Counted from the first letter of the stretch, positions 52,769-63,403 are shown. The stretch is 64,000 nt of DNA from an uncultured Armatimonadia bacterium (GCA_963749155.1 CAVVLO010000003.1:128001-192000); one strand, 5' to 3'. Made by a program: numbers and translations. Notes: generated by a model not told the origin, from the sequence alone.

Positions 52769-53764
52769 TTGAGGAGCCTCCTGTCCCCGCTGTTAATTGG
52801 CCTGACTCTTATCGCAGTGGTATCCGGCTGTGGCAGCACGCAGCCCCAAAAACCGGGCGACTACAACTTCACTCTGATGGTTGGCGAGGTCCAGCGCCAT
52901 GCGCTGCTGCACATACCCCCTGGTTACGATGGCGGCAAGCCTCTCCCCCTTGTGATGATGCTTCACGGGGGCGGTGGCTCAAGTCGGGCTGTAAGCTTTG
53001 AGACAGGCTGGAGCGCCAAAGCCGATGCCGAAAACTTTTTCGTCCTCTATCCCGATGCGCTTGCGCGCGATCCTGCGCAACCTTCAAGTTTCAGCGGCAA
53101 TCCTCAGCTTTGGAACGATGGCTCCGAGCGTTTCCACGAAAGCACGGGGCAGGTGGACGATGTCGCCTTCCTCGCATCGCTGCTGGCTGAAGTGAGCAAA
53201 CGTCTGGCAGTAGATAGCACTCGCGTCTACCTGGCTGGTCATTCCAATGGCGCTTCAATGGCTTTCCGTTTCACGGCTGAGCGCGCCGACCTTGTAACAG
53301 CCCTGGCTCCTGTTGCGGGCGCCTGCTGGCTTGAAGAGATAAAGCTGGCCCGGCCTGTGCCCCTCTGCTATATAACAGGCCTTCTAGACCCTCTGAATCC
53401 TATGGAAGGCGGCGTCCCGACTCTTGCCAACGGCCTATTCGAGGTTGGTCGAGGCAAAGCCAAGCCGCCGGTTAAAGAAAACCTCCGGCGCTGGACCAGG
53501 GCCCTTGGCTGCCCGGACGATCCGACCTCCATTGAATCTGAGCAAGGCTATACCGTCACGACTTATGGCCCGGCCGAAAACGGCGCAGAAGCACTCCTGG
53601 TTACCATCGAAGCTCAGGGGCACAACTGGCCTGGCGGGCGCGGCTTGCTGCCCGAGTCGATGGCTGGCCCCAATTCTACCAATCTGAACGCAACCGACTA
53701 TATCTGGAGCTTCTTCCAGCAGGGCCCTGGAGAAGGCTCTGGTCCGACCATGGCCAGAGCCTAG
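52769..53764 (+). CDS. PHB-depolymerase/LpqC-type esterase lipoprotein
   Basis: Lipobox VSGC, PLVMMLHGGGG, VDDVAFL, GHSNGA, GHNWPG. Confidence 0.85.
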   Translation: MRSLLSPLLIGLTLIAVVSGCGSTQPQKPGDYNFTLMVGEVQRHALLHIPPGYDGGKPLPLVMMLHGGGGSSRAVSFETGWSAKADAENFFVLYPDALARDPAQPSSFSGNPQLWNDGSERFHESTGQVDDVAFLASLLAEVSKRLAVDSTRVYLAGHSNGASMAFRFTAERADLVTALAPVAGACWLEEIKLARPVPLCYITGLLDPLNPMEGGVPTLANGLFEVGRGKAKPPVKENLRRWTRALGCPDDPTSIESEQGYTVTTYGPAENGAEALLVTIEAQGHNWPGGRGLLPESMAGPNSTNLNATDYIWSFFQQGPGEGSGPTMARA

Positions 53765-53844
53765 TCCTTCCTCACCAGACGGATGACAGCGCCCTTGCCC
53801 AACAAATGACCTCAGAGCTGAACCTGTTCGGCCTGAAGGGCGCT

Positions 53845-54429
53845 CTACCACTCGACCCAATAGGTGCAAGAGTCTGCGCCGGTCTTGCGGCAGGGAGCAG
53901 TATCATCATGCTTCACCTTGACGAGCACCGCGCCGGCTGGCTTGAAACGCTTGGCCATCGCCTCGATGATGCCTCGGTCGAAGTCGCAAGGGTAAGGGTT
54001 ATGGCAGGTCATCTTTATCTTGCGATCGCCTGCAGCCTCATACTGGTAGTGGCCTATCCCTTCGCGCATTTTGCCTGTCTTCAGGTCGAACAAAGGAGCG
54101 CCAAGCGACTTGTGGTTCATGTGGTAAGCAACGTCAATCGCCTGCAAGGCGGCCTCGAGTGAATTGATTTCGGGCGGGAACTGCGCGTTTTCGGGTATCT
54201 GCTTGCCAATTGCATAAAGGGTTTGAGCACCCACTTTGGCGGATATGGCCTCAAAGGCATCCAGCCAGGACTGCTGGGAGTACCATCTGCCAGGTGCAGG
54301 TTCTTCGATCCCCTGTTCTTTCAGCAGTGAGACGGCGACCGCTCTGAAAGCGCCCATCCCCTGCACCACCGAAAGCACTGTCTCGCCGTTCACTTCGATA
54401 CCACTCGAAAAGGCTTTGAACTGTGCCAT
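53845..54429 (-). CDS. V4R-like small-ligand-binding hypothetical protein
   Basis: WYSQQSWL, YHMNH, CHNPYPCDFDRGII, CRKTGADSCTY.VEW. Confidence 0.65.
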   Translation of the reverse strand: MAQFKAFSSGIEVNGETVLSVVQGMGAFRAVAVSLLKEQGIEEPAPGRWYSQQSWLDAFEAISAKVGAQTLYAIGKQIPENAQFPPEINSLEAALQAIDVAYHMNHKSLGAPLFDLKTGKMREGIGHYQYEAAGDRKIKMTCHNPYPCDFDRGIIEAMAKRFKPAGAVLVKVKHDDTAPCRKTGADSCTYWVEW

Positions 54430-54597
54430 TTCTGGCCTCCCTGCCAAAAAATCTAAAGTGTCAACTCAGTTGCCTGTCGAAGTAATTATTGGCTAGACAC
54501 TTCAAAGTCCTTAGCCCCTCCAGGCAGGGAGTAAGTTAGCAATCTGTAAATCTTTTCTGTCGTTTTCTAACCTCGTTGTTTCGAGGAGGCAGCCACC

Positions 54598-55470
54598 TTG
54601 CTGATTGATGTCCATGCCCATCTTGGCCTTTTAGTTCCTGATGTAACAGAGCAAATGGACGGCGCCAATCTGGTAGCCAAGTGTGACGCCTGGGGCGTTG
54701 ATATGGCCTGCGTGCTGCCGCTCAGCGAGCATCCAGAGGGCGGCTATCTCGCCTCTGACACACTGGCGGTGCTGGCAGCATGCGAGCAATTTCCCGACCG
54801 ACTCATCCCCTTTTGCACTGTGGATCCTCGTTTCGGCAACCTGCCCGAGCCTGACTTCCGCTGGTTGCTTGAGGAATACAAAGGGCGCGGTTGCCGCGGG
54901 ATTGGCGAGTTCCTCCCCAAGCTGCCTTTTGATGATGAGCGCAGTCTCGTGCTGTACCGGCAGGCGGGCGAACTCGGGCTGCCGGTCCTCTTCGACCTGA
55001 TGGCAAGCCCCTGGCATTATGGGATGCTGGATGAGCCAGGCCTGCCTGGCCTCGAACGCGCGCTGCAGCTCTGCCCCGAGACGATTTTCATCGGCCACGG
55101 CCCGAGTTTCTGGGCCGAGATATCAGGCGAGGTGCCGGAGGAACTGCGATGGGGTTATCCAACCGGACCAGTGACCCCTGGGGGCGCTGTACCGCGGCTG
55201 ATGCGACGTTATGGGAATCTCTGGGCCGACACCTCGGCGGGCAGCGGCTACAACGCCCTCACTAGAGATGAACACTTCGGGCTGGACTTCCTCGAGGAGT
55301 TCCACCAGAGGCTGCTTTTCGGTATAGATTCCTGCCTGGCCAGCGATGTAGAACGCCTCCCCCCCATCGTGAGCTATTTCCGACGCCTGCGCGAGGAGAA
55401 ACTCCTGCCCGAGCCTGTCCTCGAAGCCCTCTGCTGGCGTAATGCCTCACAGCTATTGGACCTGGATTAA
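54598..55470 (+). CDS. Amidohydrolase_2 family protein
   Basis: IDVHAH, GIGE, FIGHG, NLWADTSAGSG, LLFGID; GGAGG RBS. Confidence 0.9.
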   Translation: MLIDVHAHLGLLVPDVTEQMDGANLVAKCDAWGVDMACVLPLSEHPEGGYLASDTLAVLAACEQFPDRLIPFCTVDPRFGNLPEPDFRWLLEEYKGRGCRGIGEFLPKLPFDDERSLVLYRQAGELGLPVLFDLMASPWHYGMLDEPGLPGLERALQLCPETIFIGHGPSFWAEISGEVPEELRWGYPTGPVTPGGAVPRLMRRYGNLWADTSAGSGYNALTRDEHFGLDFLEEFHQRLLFGIDSCLASDVERLPPIVSYFRRLREEKLLPEPVLEALCWRNASQLLDLD

Positions 55471-55550
55471 CCCGATTCGTCACCGCATTGAACCAGAGGC
55501 AATCGATATCCGTCTGATAACTCAGGGCTCACAAAGTCTAGCCTCGTGGA

Positions 55551-58391
55551 GTGGTCAGGATGTCGGTATCTGGAAGGCGAGTGCTGCTTTCGTTTGTGCT
55601 GTTGGCCTGCCTCCTTTTCGCCTTGCTTTCTACCCAGACTTTTGCTGAAAAGCCTCGCATCGAATACGAGCTTCGCGTCGCGGACGTCGAAGCCTCGGCG
55701 CGGTTTTATCGTGATGGGCTGGGGATGCAAGAGGGGGCTTTGGAGGGCAGTAACGAAGGTCGGCTTTTGGAGTTATTCGGAGTTGGCCTGAGGATACTCC
55801 CTGCTGAAGGATCGGTTGAACTCGCACCTCCCTCTGGCGGTAATCCGCTAGTCGAGTTGCTTTCTAGAACCGGATTTCGATACCTCTCGATCTGGAGCCA
55901 ATCACCCCAAGCACTAGTGCAAAGACTCGTCAGCGCTGGTTATGCGGCGCCGAGGAAGCTTTCCCAATATTGGTTTACTCAGGACCCGGACGGCAACTGG
56001 ATCGAGCTAGGAAAGCCGCCTAAAAATCTGGCTGAGGAACGGGTCTCTTGCGGGGTAGTCGTCAGCGAACTCGAGGCAAGCCTTGCCTTCTACCGGGACC
56101 TCCTTAATTTTGCCCAGCTTGCGGTCTGGCCTTTACCCGCTCCAGTTTCTGGCGATATGGTCGTGCTTCAGGCCGGGCCGACCTTGCTGAAGATGGTCGC
56201 CTCGCCCTCTGGTCCTGATACCCTCACCTCCGCGCATAATATTGGGCTTTGCAGCCTTACGCTTTATGTAGACAATTTCGAGTTGGCTACCCAGAAAACA
56301 GGCGCCCTGGCCACGTTGGCCCCTGATGGGAAGTCTCTGAGTCTGCACGACCCAGATGGCAACCGAGTCGTGCTGGCCGCCCAGGCAGAAGCTTCTGCAA
56401 GTAGCAACGGCCTGCGCTTCAAAGAGCTTCCTGACTGTGATGCCGTGCGCGATGCCTCAGGGACAGGCCAGTTGTTCGAGTCCATCGAAGTGCCTGGCCT
56501 GACTGATTCGCGGGTTGGGGTTAATGGATTTGCTCTGGCCGACCTCAATCAGGATGGTCTTGCAGACTTTATCGGCCTTACCAGTGCGCCTCGCTTCGGG
56601 GCTGGATTGGGCCAGCGCTCAAACCTACTGTCCACACCTGATCAACTGAAGCTCCTGTTGAACACCGGCGACCTGCAATTTGCGCCTGCCGAGCTCAATA
56701 TCGAGGGGGTTTCTCCCGGAGAGAACTTCCTTGAAAGCACTCAGATTCCCAACCTTGCCGACTTCAACCAGGACGGTTTTCTCGACCTGTTTATTACGCG
56801 CCATTCTCCTTCCATAGGGGGAAACCTGAGACCTGGCAAAGTAGCCCGGGGAAATATCCTGTTGCTTAGCAAGGGCAGCTGGGACACCTTTGTTGACGTC
56901 TCGGACCAGATGGGAGTTCGCAATGAGCTTGCCTATAACAGGCAAACAAGTATCGGAGATGTCAATGGAGATGGTTGGCTCGACGTCGCAATTGGCTGCG
57001 ACAATATCGGCAATGCGCAAGGAGGCTTCCCCTACAGTCGGTTGTATGTTTACCACCCAGCCGGTGAGAGTTTTATCGACGGTCATTTCGAGGATGTCGG
57101 AGGCACTGACTTGGTGCCTGACTTCGGGGGCTTCTACCACGACTCGGCGCGAGATCGGGGCGCCCCTGACATCGACCTGCGCGATCTGGATAACGATGGC
57201 GATCTGGATTTAATCCAGGCTTCCCATGTTGACGTCAGGCAGCCGCTACTCCCCTATTCTCCTGGAGAATACCGTCAGGGACTATTCTGCTGGCGCAACC
57301 TGGAGCGAGAGAAGGGCACTCTCCAGTTCGAGAAATTGTCAGGTAACGGCCTGACCTGTGAGGCTCGCCTGCGGTATAACCGGGATACCGAACGCTACGA
57401 ACCCGCCGATGAGGCCAGGGCGCCAGGATTGCCTTATCTTTCCTATGCCGATATTGATAACGATGGACTGCTGGATGTCCTTGCGGTAGGTCCAAGTGAT
57501 TCGACCTGGTCACCGAGGACTGAGTATGTGGGAGGTCGCTTTTGGCACAACCTGGGCGATCTTCAGTTCGAAGAGAGGACTTCCGAGGCAGGTCTTGATT
57601 CCCTTAATAATACTTATCGCGACTGGTATGCTTTCTTCGAATTGCAGCTAACTCCCTACCAGCTCAACTATGTGCCTCGCAACCAGAGTACTCTTTCGCA
57701 GCCTGGCCTTATTCCCCCTAATCCAATTGATAACCGGCCCTATTATGCGGACAGTGTATTCGCGGATTTCGACAATGACGGCTGGACAGATCTCGTAGTG
57801 CTGGACCGGCGCGAGACGCCGGGGATTGAGAGTCGCGCTGTCCTTTATATGAACCGAGGCGACGGCACTTTCGAGCCCAAGCCAACCACTTTCAGCGGGC
57901 TGGATGGCTCTGGCATCTCGGCAGAAGCCTGCGACCTCGATGGAGACGGCCTGCTAGACCTGTTTTTTGCCGCCGATCCTGACAACTCTGGCCTCGCGAA
58001 CAGCCCAGCCCGATACGAAAGCAAAGTATACTGGAATACTGGCCTCTTCGGCGCCAAAGAAAATCACTGGCTGAGGCTGCGCTGCTCAGGCCTGTCGGAC
58101 GCTGCGCTGATGGGGACCAGAGTCGAGGCCCATAATCCCACGACAGGCGAGTTGCTTGCTGTTCGCTGGGTTCATTCCAACCACTCTTACAAGAGCGGTG
58201 GAGCGCTAGAAGTCCATTTTGGCCTGGGCAATGAAACCACTGTTGACCTGAACCTCTTCTCCCCTGGCCTTCCTCCTGTCGAAGTCACTAACGTTAGCGC
58301 GGACCGGTACCTGGATCTGAATATGGAGACTGGCGAACTGCAGGAAGTGAAGCTGTCATCAGCTTTGCAATCAGCGCAGGTGGAGGAATGA
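55551..58391 (+). CDS. Secreted tandem VOC/glyoxalase plus FG-GAP repeat/ASPIC-UnbV (CRTAC1-like) protein
   Basis: Two V.D.EAS..FYRD.LG ... DPDGN VOC units; several DxNxDGxxD repeats; C-terminal NHWLRL..EVHFGLG. Confidence 0.8.
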   Translation: MVRMSVSGRRVLLSFVLLACLLFALLSTQTFAEKPRIEYELRVADVEASARFYRDGLGMQEGALEGSNEGRLLELFGVGLRILPAEGSVELAPPSGGNPLVELLSRTGFRYLSIWSQSPQALVQRLVSAGYAAPRKLSQYWFTQDPDGNWIELGKPPKNLAEERVSCGVVVSELEASLAFYRDLLNFAQLAVWPLPAPVSGDMVVLQAGPTLLKMVASPSGPDTLTSAHNIGLCSLTLYVDNFELATQKTGALATLAPDGKSLSLHDPDGNRVVLAAQAEASASSNGLRFKELPDCDAVRDASGTGQLFESIEVPGLTDSRVGVNGFALADLNQDGLADFIGLTSAPRFGAGLGQRSNLLSTPDQLKLLLNTGDLQFAPAELNIEGVSPGENFLESTQIPNLADFNQDGFLDLFITRHSPSIGGNLRPGKVARGNILLLSKGSWDTFVDVSDQMGVRNELAYNRQTSIGDVNGDGWLDVAIGCDNIGNAQGGFPYSRLYVYHPAGESFIDGHFEDVGGTDLVPDFGGFYHDSARDRGAPDIDLRDLDNDGDLDLIQASHVDVRQPLLPYSPGEYRQGLFCWRNLEREKGTLQFEKLSGNGLTCEARLRYNRDTERYEPADEARAPGLPYLSYADIDNDGLLDVLAVGPSDSTWSPRTEYVGGRFWHNLGDLQFEERTSEAGLDSLNNTYRDWYAFFELQLTPYQLNYVPRNQSTLSQPGLIPPNPIDNRPYYADSVFADFDNDGWTDLVVLDRRETPGIESRAVLYMNRGDGTFEPKPTTFSGLDGSGISAEACDLDGDGLLDLFFAADPDNSGLANSPARYESKVYWNTGLFGAKENHWLRLRCSGLSDAALMGTRVEAHNPTTGELLAVRWVHSNHSYKSGGALEVHFGLGNETTVDLNLFSPGLPPVEVTNVSADRYLDLNMETGELQEVKLSSALQSAQVEE

Positions 58392-59734
58392 AAAATCAAC
58401 TGACCCGCAAGCAATTACTGGCTGCCACTATAGGCGGGGCCGCTGCTTTTGCCCTCTCTCCGCTCGCGCGCGCTGCTGAGACGCTACTACCCAGGCGCAG
58501 GCCGAATATCATCCTGATTGTGTCAGATGATCAAGGCTACGCCGAGTTGGGTTGCCAGGGCTGCCGCGATATCCCCACCCCAGCTCTCGATGCTATTGCC
58601 GCAAACGGAGTGCGCTTTACTGATGGCTATGTCACTGGGGCAGTCTGTAGTCCCACCCGAGCAGGGCTAATGACAGGCCGCTACCAGCAACGCTTTGGGC
58701 ATGAGTTCAATCCTGGCAACTCGCGCGAGGCAGGCTTGCCACTTAGCGAATTGACTTTGGCTAGTCGCCTGCAAGCTGCAGGTTATGTTACGGGAATGGT
58801 AGGCAAATGGCATTTGGGTATGCTGCCGGAGCAGCATCCACAAAGCCGAGGCTTCGATGAGTTTTTCGGCTTTCTGCACGGCGCCCATTCCTATATGAAT
58901 AACTCAAAGCGCCAGGTAATTAATGATCCAATCAGGCGCGGAGTTGAGCCTGTCACCGAGCAGGAGTATCTCACTGACGCCTTTCGCCGCGAGGCTCTCT
59001 CCTTTATCGAGCGCCACCAGAGCGCCCCCTTCTTTTTGTATTTGCCCTTCAACGCCGTCCACGCCCCCCTGGAAGCCCCTCCCAACTATCTGAGGCCCTT
59101 CGAGCATATCACCAACCCAAAGCGACGCACTTTTGCCGCGATGCTGTCCGCGATGGACCAGGCGGTGGGCGCGGTGCTAGCAAAACTGGAAGACCTGAGC
59201 CTCCTCGAGGACACACTGATTCTCTTCCTCAGTGACAATGGAGGGCCAACTCACCAGACGACTTCCAGCAATCTCCCCTTGCGCGGTGAGAAAGGCTGGC
59301 TTCTTGAGGGCGGTATAAGGGTGCCTTTCCTGATGCAATGGAAGGGAGAACTGCCTGCTGGCAGGATGTGCAGAACTCCGGTTATCTCGCTTGACCTTAC
59401 AGCCACGGCCCTTGCCGCTGCGGGGGCGCCTTCAGCCCAAGACCCTACTCTGGAGGGGCACAATCTGATAAGCTTCCTCCAGACAGACTCGCCCCTCGAG
59501 CGACCGGAAGCCCTGTGCTGGCGCTCTGGCTCTCAGTCTGCAATCAGGAAGGGCCGCTGGAAGCTATACAAGAGACAAGCCCAGCCAGCGCAGCTCTTCG
59601 ATCTGGGCGTTGACCAGGGCGAGCAAGTTGATCTTGCCAGTCGCTGGCCAGAGCGTGTGCGAGAACTCGAGGCCGAGTATACCAGTTGGGATGCGCACAA
59701 CGTGGCCCCCCTATGGGTCAGGGAGTCCTTCTGA
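58388..59734 (+). CDS. Cys-type arylsulfatase, Tat-like signal
   Basis: PNIILIVSDDQG, CSPTRAGLMTGRY, GKWHLG, SDNGG, EGGIRVP; N-terminal LTRKQLL. Confidence 0.92.
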   Translation: MKNQLTRKQLLAATIGGAAAFALSPLARAAETLLPRRRPNIILIVSDDQGYAELGCQGCRDIPTPALDAIAANGVRFTDGYVTGAVCSPTRAGLMTGRYQQRFGHEFNPGNSREAGLPLSELTLASRLQAAGYVTGMVGKWHLGMLPEQHPQSRGFDEFFGFLHGAHSYMNNSKRQVINDPIRRGVEPVTEQEYLTDAFRREALSFIERHQSAPFFLYLPFNAVHAPLEAPPNYLRPFEHITNPKRRTFAAMLSAMDQAVGAVLAKLEDLSLLEDTLILFLSDNGGPTHQTTSSNLPLRGEKGWLLEGGIRVPFLMQWKGELPAGRMCRTPVISLDLTATALAAAGAPSAQDPTLEGHNLISFLQTDSPLERPEALCWRSGSQSAIRKGRWKLYKRQAQPAQLFDLGVDQGEQVDLASRWPERVRELEAEYTSWDAHNVAPLWVRESF

Positions 59735-59777
59735 CGCTGCCAGCGCGCCCAGCCTGTTTTCCAAGGGGAGGCGCGTT

Positions 59778-60821
59778 ATGAAGACAATTGTTACGGTTGC
59801 CACTTCTACCCCCGACCTGCCGCGCAAGAGCGAAGGTGACGTTCTCGAGCTTGCCGATGGGCGCTTGCTGCTTGCGTATATGGAGTTCTCCGGTGCCGGC
59901 AGCGACTTCGACAAGACGCGCATCGTGGCGGTGGGATCTGCAGATGGCGGGCTGACCTGGGGCGGGCATCGAGTGCTGGTCGAGACCGCGCCTGGGGACG
60001 TGAATGTCTACTCGCCCAACCTGCTCCGCGCGCGGGACGGCGGTATCCTGTTCTGCTTTATGCGCCAGCACGCCGCCTTCCCCAGCCTGACGACCCTCTA
60101 CTTGTGGAAATCAGACGATGAGGGGGCAACCTTCCATCCCTTTGCCGAGTGCGCGCCCGAGCAACATCACGGCCTCTGCAACGCCACCTTGAAGCGCCTC
60201 TCAAGTGGTCGCCTGCTGCTGCCGACCTCGTGGGAGAAGCCCGAGGCGCCCAATACTTTCGAGGGAGCAGTGCTGGCAAGCGATGATGATGGCTTGACCT
60301 GGCGCGAGACGGAGCAACATATCACGCTGTCGATGCGCGGGGTGATGGAGCCCCATCTCGAAGAGACGCGCGATGGGCGCGTATTGATGGTGATGAGAAA
60401 CCAACTGGGAGTCCTCTACTTTGCGGACTCTTTTGATAGCGGGCTGACGTGGAGCGAGCCCTATGCTTCGAAGCTGCGGACGCCCGAATCCTGTCCCGAG
60501 CTTGTGCGCCTCCCTGAGACTGGCGACCTGTTGCTGTTATGGAACAATGCCCCCTATGACCCAGGCTTCACTTCCCATTTTGGCAAGCGGAGCCCCCTGA
60601 CAACGGCTATCTCGAGAGACGAAGGCCGCACCTGGGAGCACTTCCACAAGCTCGAAGACGACCCAAAACGCGCTTTCTCCAACCCCGGCTGCCGCTTCAC
60701 TTCGATAGGCAAAGCCATCATCAATTACTGGACCTGTGAATACACTTCCGGCTGGTCGATGCAGGATATAATTGACCTGCGAGTGGCTGTGGTAGACTCG
60801 GAGTGGTTCTACGGGAAGTAA
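59778..60821 (+). CDS. Sialidase/BNR-repeat protein
   Basis: Five Asp-boxes (SADGGLTW, SDDEGATF, SDDDGLTW, SFDSGLTW, SRDEGRTW). Confidence 0.88.
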   Translation: MKTIVTVATSTPDLPRKSEGDVLELADGRLLLAYMEFSGAGSDFDKTRIVAVGSADGGLTWGGHRVLVETAPGDVNVYSPNLLRARDGGILFCFMRQHAAFPSLTTLYLWKSDDEGATFHPFAECAPEQHHGLCNATLKRLSSGRLLLPTSWEKPEAPNTFEGAVLASDDDGLTWRETEQHITLSMRGVMEPHLEETRDGRVLMVMRNQLGVLYFADSFDSGLTWSEPYASKLRTPESCPELVRLPETGDLLLLWNNAPYDPGFTSHFGKRSPLTTAISRDEGRTWEHFHKLEDDPKRAFSNPGCRFTSIGKAIINYWTCEYTSGWSMQDIIDLRVAVVDSEWFYGK

Positions 60822-60837
60822 GGAGGAAGCCTGCCAG

Positions 60838-62918
60838 ATGCCTGACACCGACCTGCACGCCCCTTTTGAGGCCTACACTGGCGATGAGCCGTATATCTTC
60901 GTCAGTTATGCCCACAAGGACTCGGCGCTTGTGTTTCCGGAACTGGTCGCGCTGCGGGACAAGGGCTATCGCATCTGGTATGACGAGGGGATAGATCCGG
61001 GCAATGAGTGGCCTGAGGACATCGCCAAAGCACTCAGGGATTGCGCCTATTTCGTGGTCTTTATCACGCCCTATTCGGTGGACAGTCCCTATGTCAGGAA
61101 AGAGATCGACTTCGCCTTGAAGAAGAAGCTCACTTTTGTCCCTGTTTATCTCTTGAAAACCCAGCTACCAGAGGGTCTTGAATTTCGTATTGGGCGACAT
61201 ATATGCCATTGTGCGATATAAGATGACGGCTGAGAGTTATGAGCGGAAGCTTGAGAAGACGTTGCCTGATAGTTGTCTTTCATATCACCATTTAGGGCAG
61301 CCCACCTTGTCAGCCAGGGGCAAGCCACTGATAACGCCTTTAACACCGCCATCTATAAGGCTTCCAAAGGATTTCGAGGTTATCCTGAACCAGATTGACG
61401 GTACTCAACTGGTGCTGATCCCAGAGGGCGAGTTCCTCGCTGGCGATCCGCCTTTCCCTGTTACGCTGCCAGATTATTACCTGGCGTTGCACCCCGTGAC
61501 AAATGCCCAGTATCTGCGGTTCGTCGAGGAAACGAATCATCGTCCACCGGCCGAGTCTGACTTCAATCAAAACGCCGTTAAGCCAATCTGGGACGGTCAG
61601 TTATTCCCTCCTAAAAAGGCCCAGCATCCTGTGGTGTTTGTTAGCCTGGATGATGCTAAGGAGTACTGCGAGTGGGCTGGATTGCGATTGCCGACTGAGC
61701 TGGAGTGGGAGAAGGGCGCCAGAGGTACTGATGGACGTGTGTACCCTTGGGGTAATTTATGGGATCCACGCAAGTGTCGAAATTTGACCAACAGAGGCGA
61801 TGAGACTACATGTAAAGTCTGGGAATATCCCGAGGCTCGCAGCCCGTGGGGACTTTATCAGATGAGCGGGAATGTATGGGAGCGAACGCGAGGATTCGTG
61901 GGAGAGAGACGCATATGAACGTTATAAGATGGGGACACTGACGCCGCCTGTACAGGGAAACACCCAAGTAATTCGTGGTGGCTCCTGGAATTACGACCTG
62001 GAGCAGCTCTTTCGGACTGACCATCGCCTTGAATTCGGAACGTCAGAACGTTACCCGGGCGTCGGCTTCCGTTGTGCAAAGAGTTTTGCTGACAATGACC
62101 ATGCAGGTGCCAGACCTGAAAGGATACAACCGGAGCCGAAGGTGACTGATGTCGTGGTACTGACACCACCACCTGCGAAGCCAATTGCAGTAGAGTCTCC
62201 GCCATTAACTGAGTCCTTGGTTAACGAGATCGACGGCACCCAGCTGGTGCTCATCCCAGAGGGCGAGTTCCTCGCCGGCGATCCGCCCTTCCCCGTGACA
62301 TTACCAGCCTATTATGAAGCGAAGTGTCCGGTGACTAACGCACAGTACCGCAAGTTTGTCCAGGCAACTGGAAATCCGCCGCCTGACCAAGCAGACTTTG
62401 GGCAACCTGTCTGGACTGGCAACTCCTTCCCACCGGACAAAGCTCATCACCCAGTAGTGTGCGTAAGCTGGCATGATGCCCAGGCTTACTGCGCATGGGC
62501 TGGTCTACGTTTGCCGACTGAATTGGAATGGGAAAAGGGTGCACGAGGCAGCGACGATCGTATGTACCCGTGGGGAATGACTGGGATCGCGGCGCTCATT
62601 GCTGTCACGCATCAGATGTCAGAGAAACAACCTGCAGTTGTCAGGACTTCCCCGCCGGCCGCAGTCCATGGGGGCTTGTACCAGATGAGTGGTAATGTTT
62701 GGGAATGGTGCGAGGACTGGAGCGAACATGATGCATATTCTCGCTACAAGACGGGCAACCTTTCACTGCCTGTAACTGGCTTCTTTCGCATCGTGCGTGG
62801 TGGATCATTCCGTAGTAATAAATCCACCTTATTCTGTTGCGCTTATCGCGAATATTATGGAGATATGGCTCGCTCAACACGATGATACATCGGCTTTCGT
62901 TGCGGCAAGGATCTGTGA
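60838..62918 (+). CDS. TIR domain plus two FGE-sulfatase (SUMF1/CLec-fold) domains; frameshifts near 61190 and 61885, compensating indels at 62575/62670, in-frame TGA at 62883
   Basis: [32 protein letters not shown]; twice [46 protein letters not shown]. Confidence 0.8.
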
Positions 62919-62956
62919 CACCTTGCTATCACTAGCCAGCCTGTCAATTTGGCAGG

Positions 62957-63403
62957 CTAGCCTGGTTCTTCCTCGATGGCTTGTTCGATCTTCCGGTTGC
63001 CGAGATACCCAACCAGCGCGGCAAGTGCGGCTAGCAGCGTGCAGAGGGTGAATACGATGACTGCTTTGCCGAGCAGGAACTCCGTCGACTCTCCCCAGTA
63101 TTTGAGGGTGGTGAAAGCCAGGCCGATAATCAGAAACGCCAGGTAGCCTGCAAACAGCTTCCCGAAGGAGAGGCGCCCGAAGGTTACCCCGCCGAAATAC
63201 AGCAAGAGGGCGATGAAGACCAACACATTGCCCGTCAGCAGTGCCGCGATATCCTCGAACTGCTCTGGCGTCTGGTGCAACACAAACTGACGGTAGAGGA
63301 CATCTCCCAGCAGGAAGTAGATTGTAACCAGGTAGAGGAGCGCGCAGATGCGCCCCAGAATCGTCTGGCTCCGCTCGTCCAGTCCAAACCTCTTATTGGC
63401 CAT
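62957..63403 (-). CDS. DUF6773-like membrane protein
   Basis: N-terminal DER motif, 4 TM helices; overlaps the end of the HTH gene. Confidence 0.65.
   Translation of the reverse strand: MANKRFGLDERSQTILGRICALLYLVTIYFLLGDVLYRQFVLHQTPEQFEDIAALLTGNVLVFIALLLYFGGVTFGRLSFGKLFAGYLAFLIIGLAFTTLKYWGESTEFLLGKAVIVFTLCTLLAALAALVGYLGNRKIEQAIEEEPG

Noticed and set aside
62883..62885. Selenocysteine recoding of the in-frame TGA
   Set aside because: The position is not a conserved Cys and I see no convincing SECIS hairpin after it.
61178..62918. FGE domains as the maturase for the neighbouring Cys-type sulfatase
   Set aside because: Both lack the catalytic RGGSxxCxxxYCxxYR cysteine pair; they look like non-catalytic binding domains.
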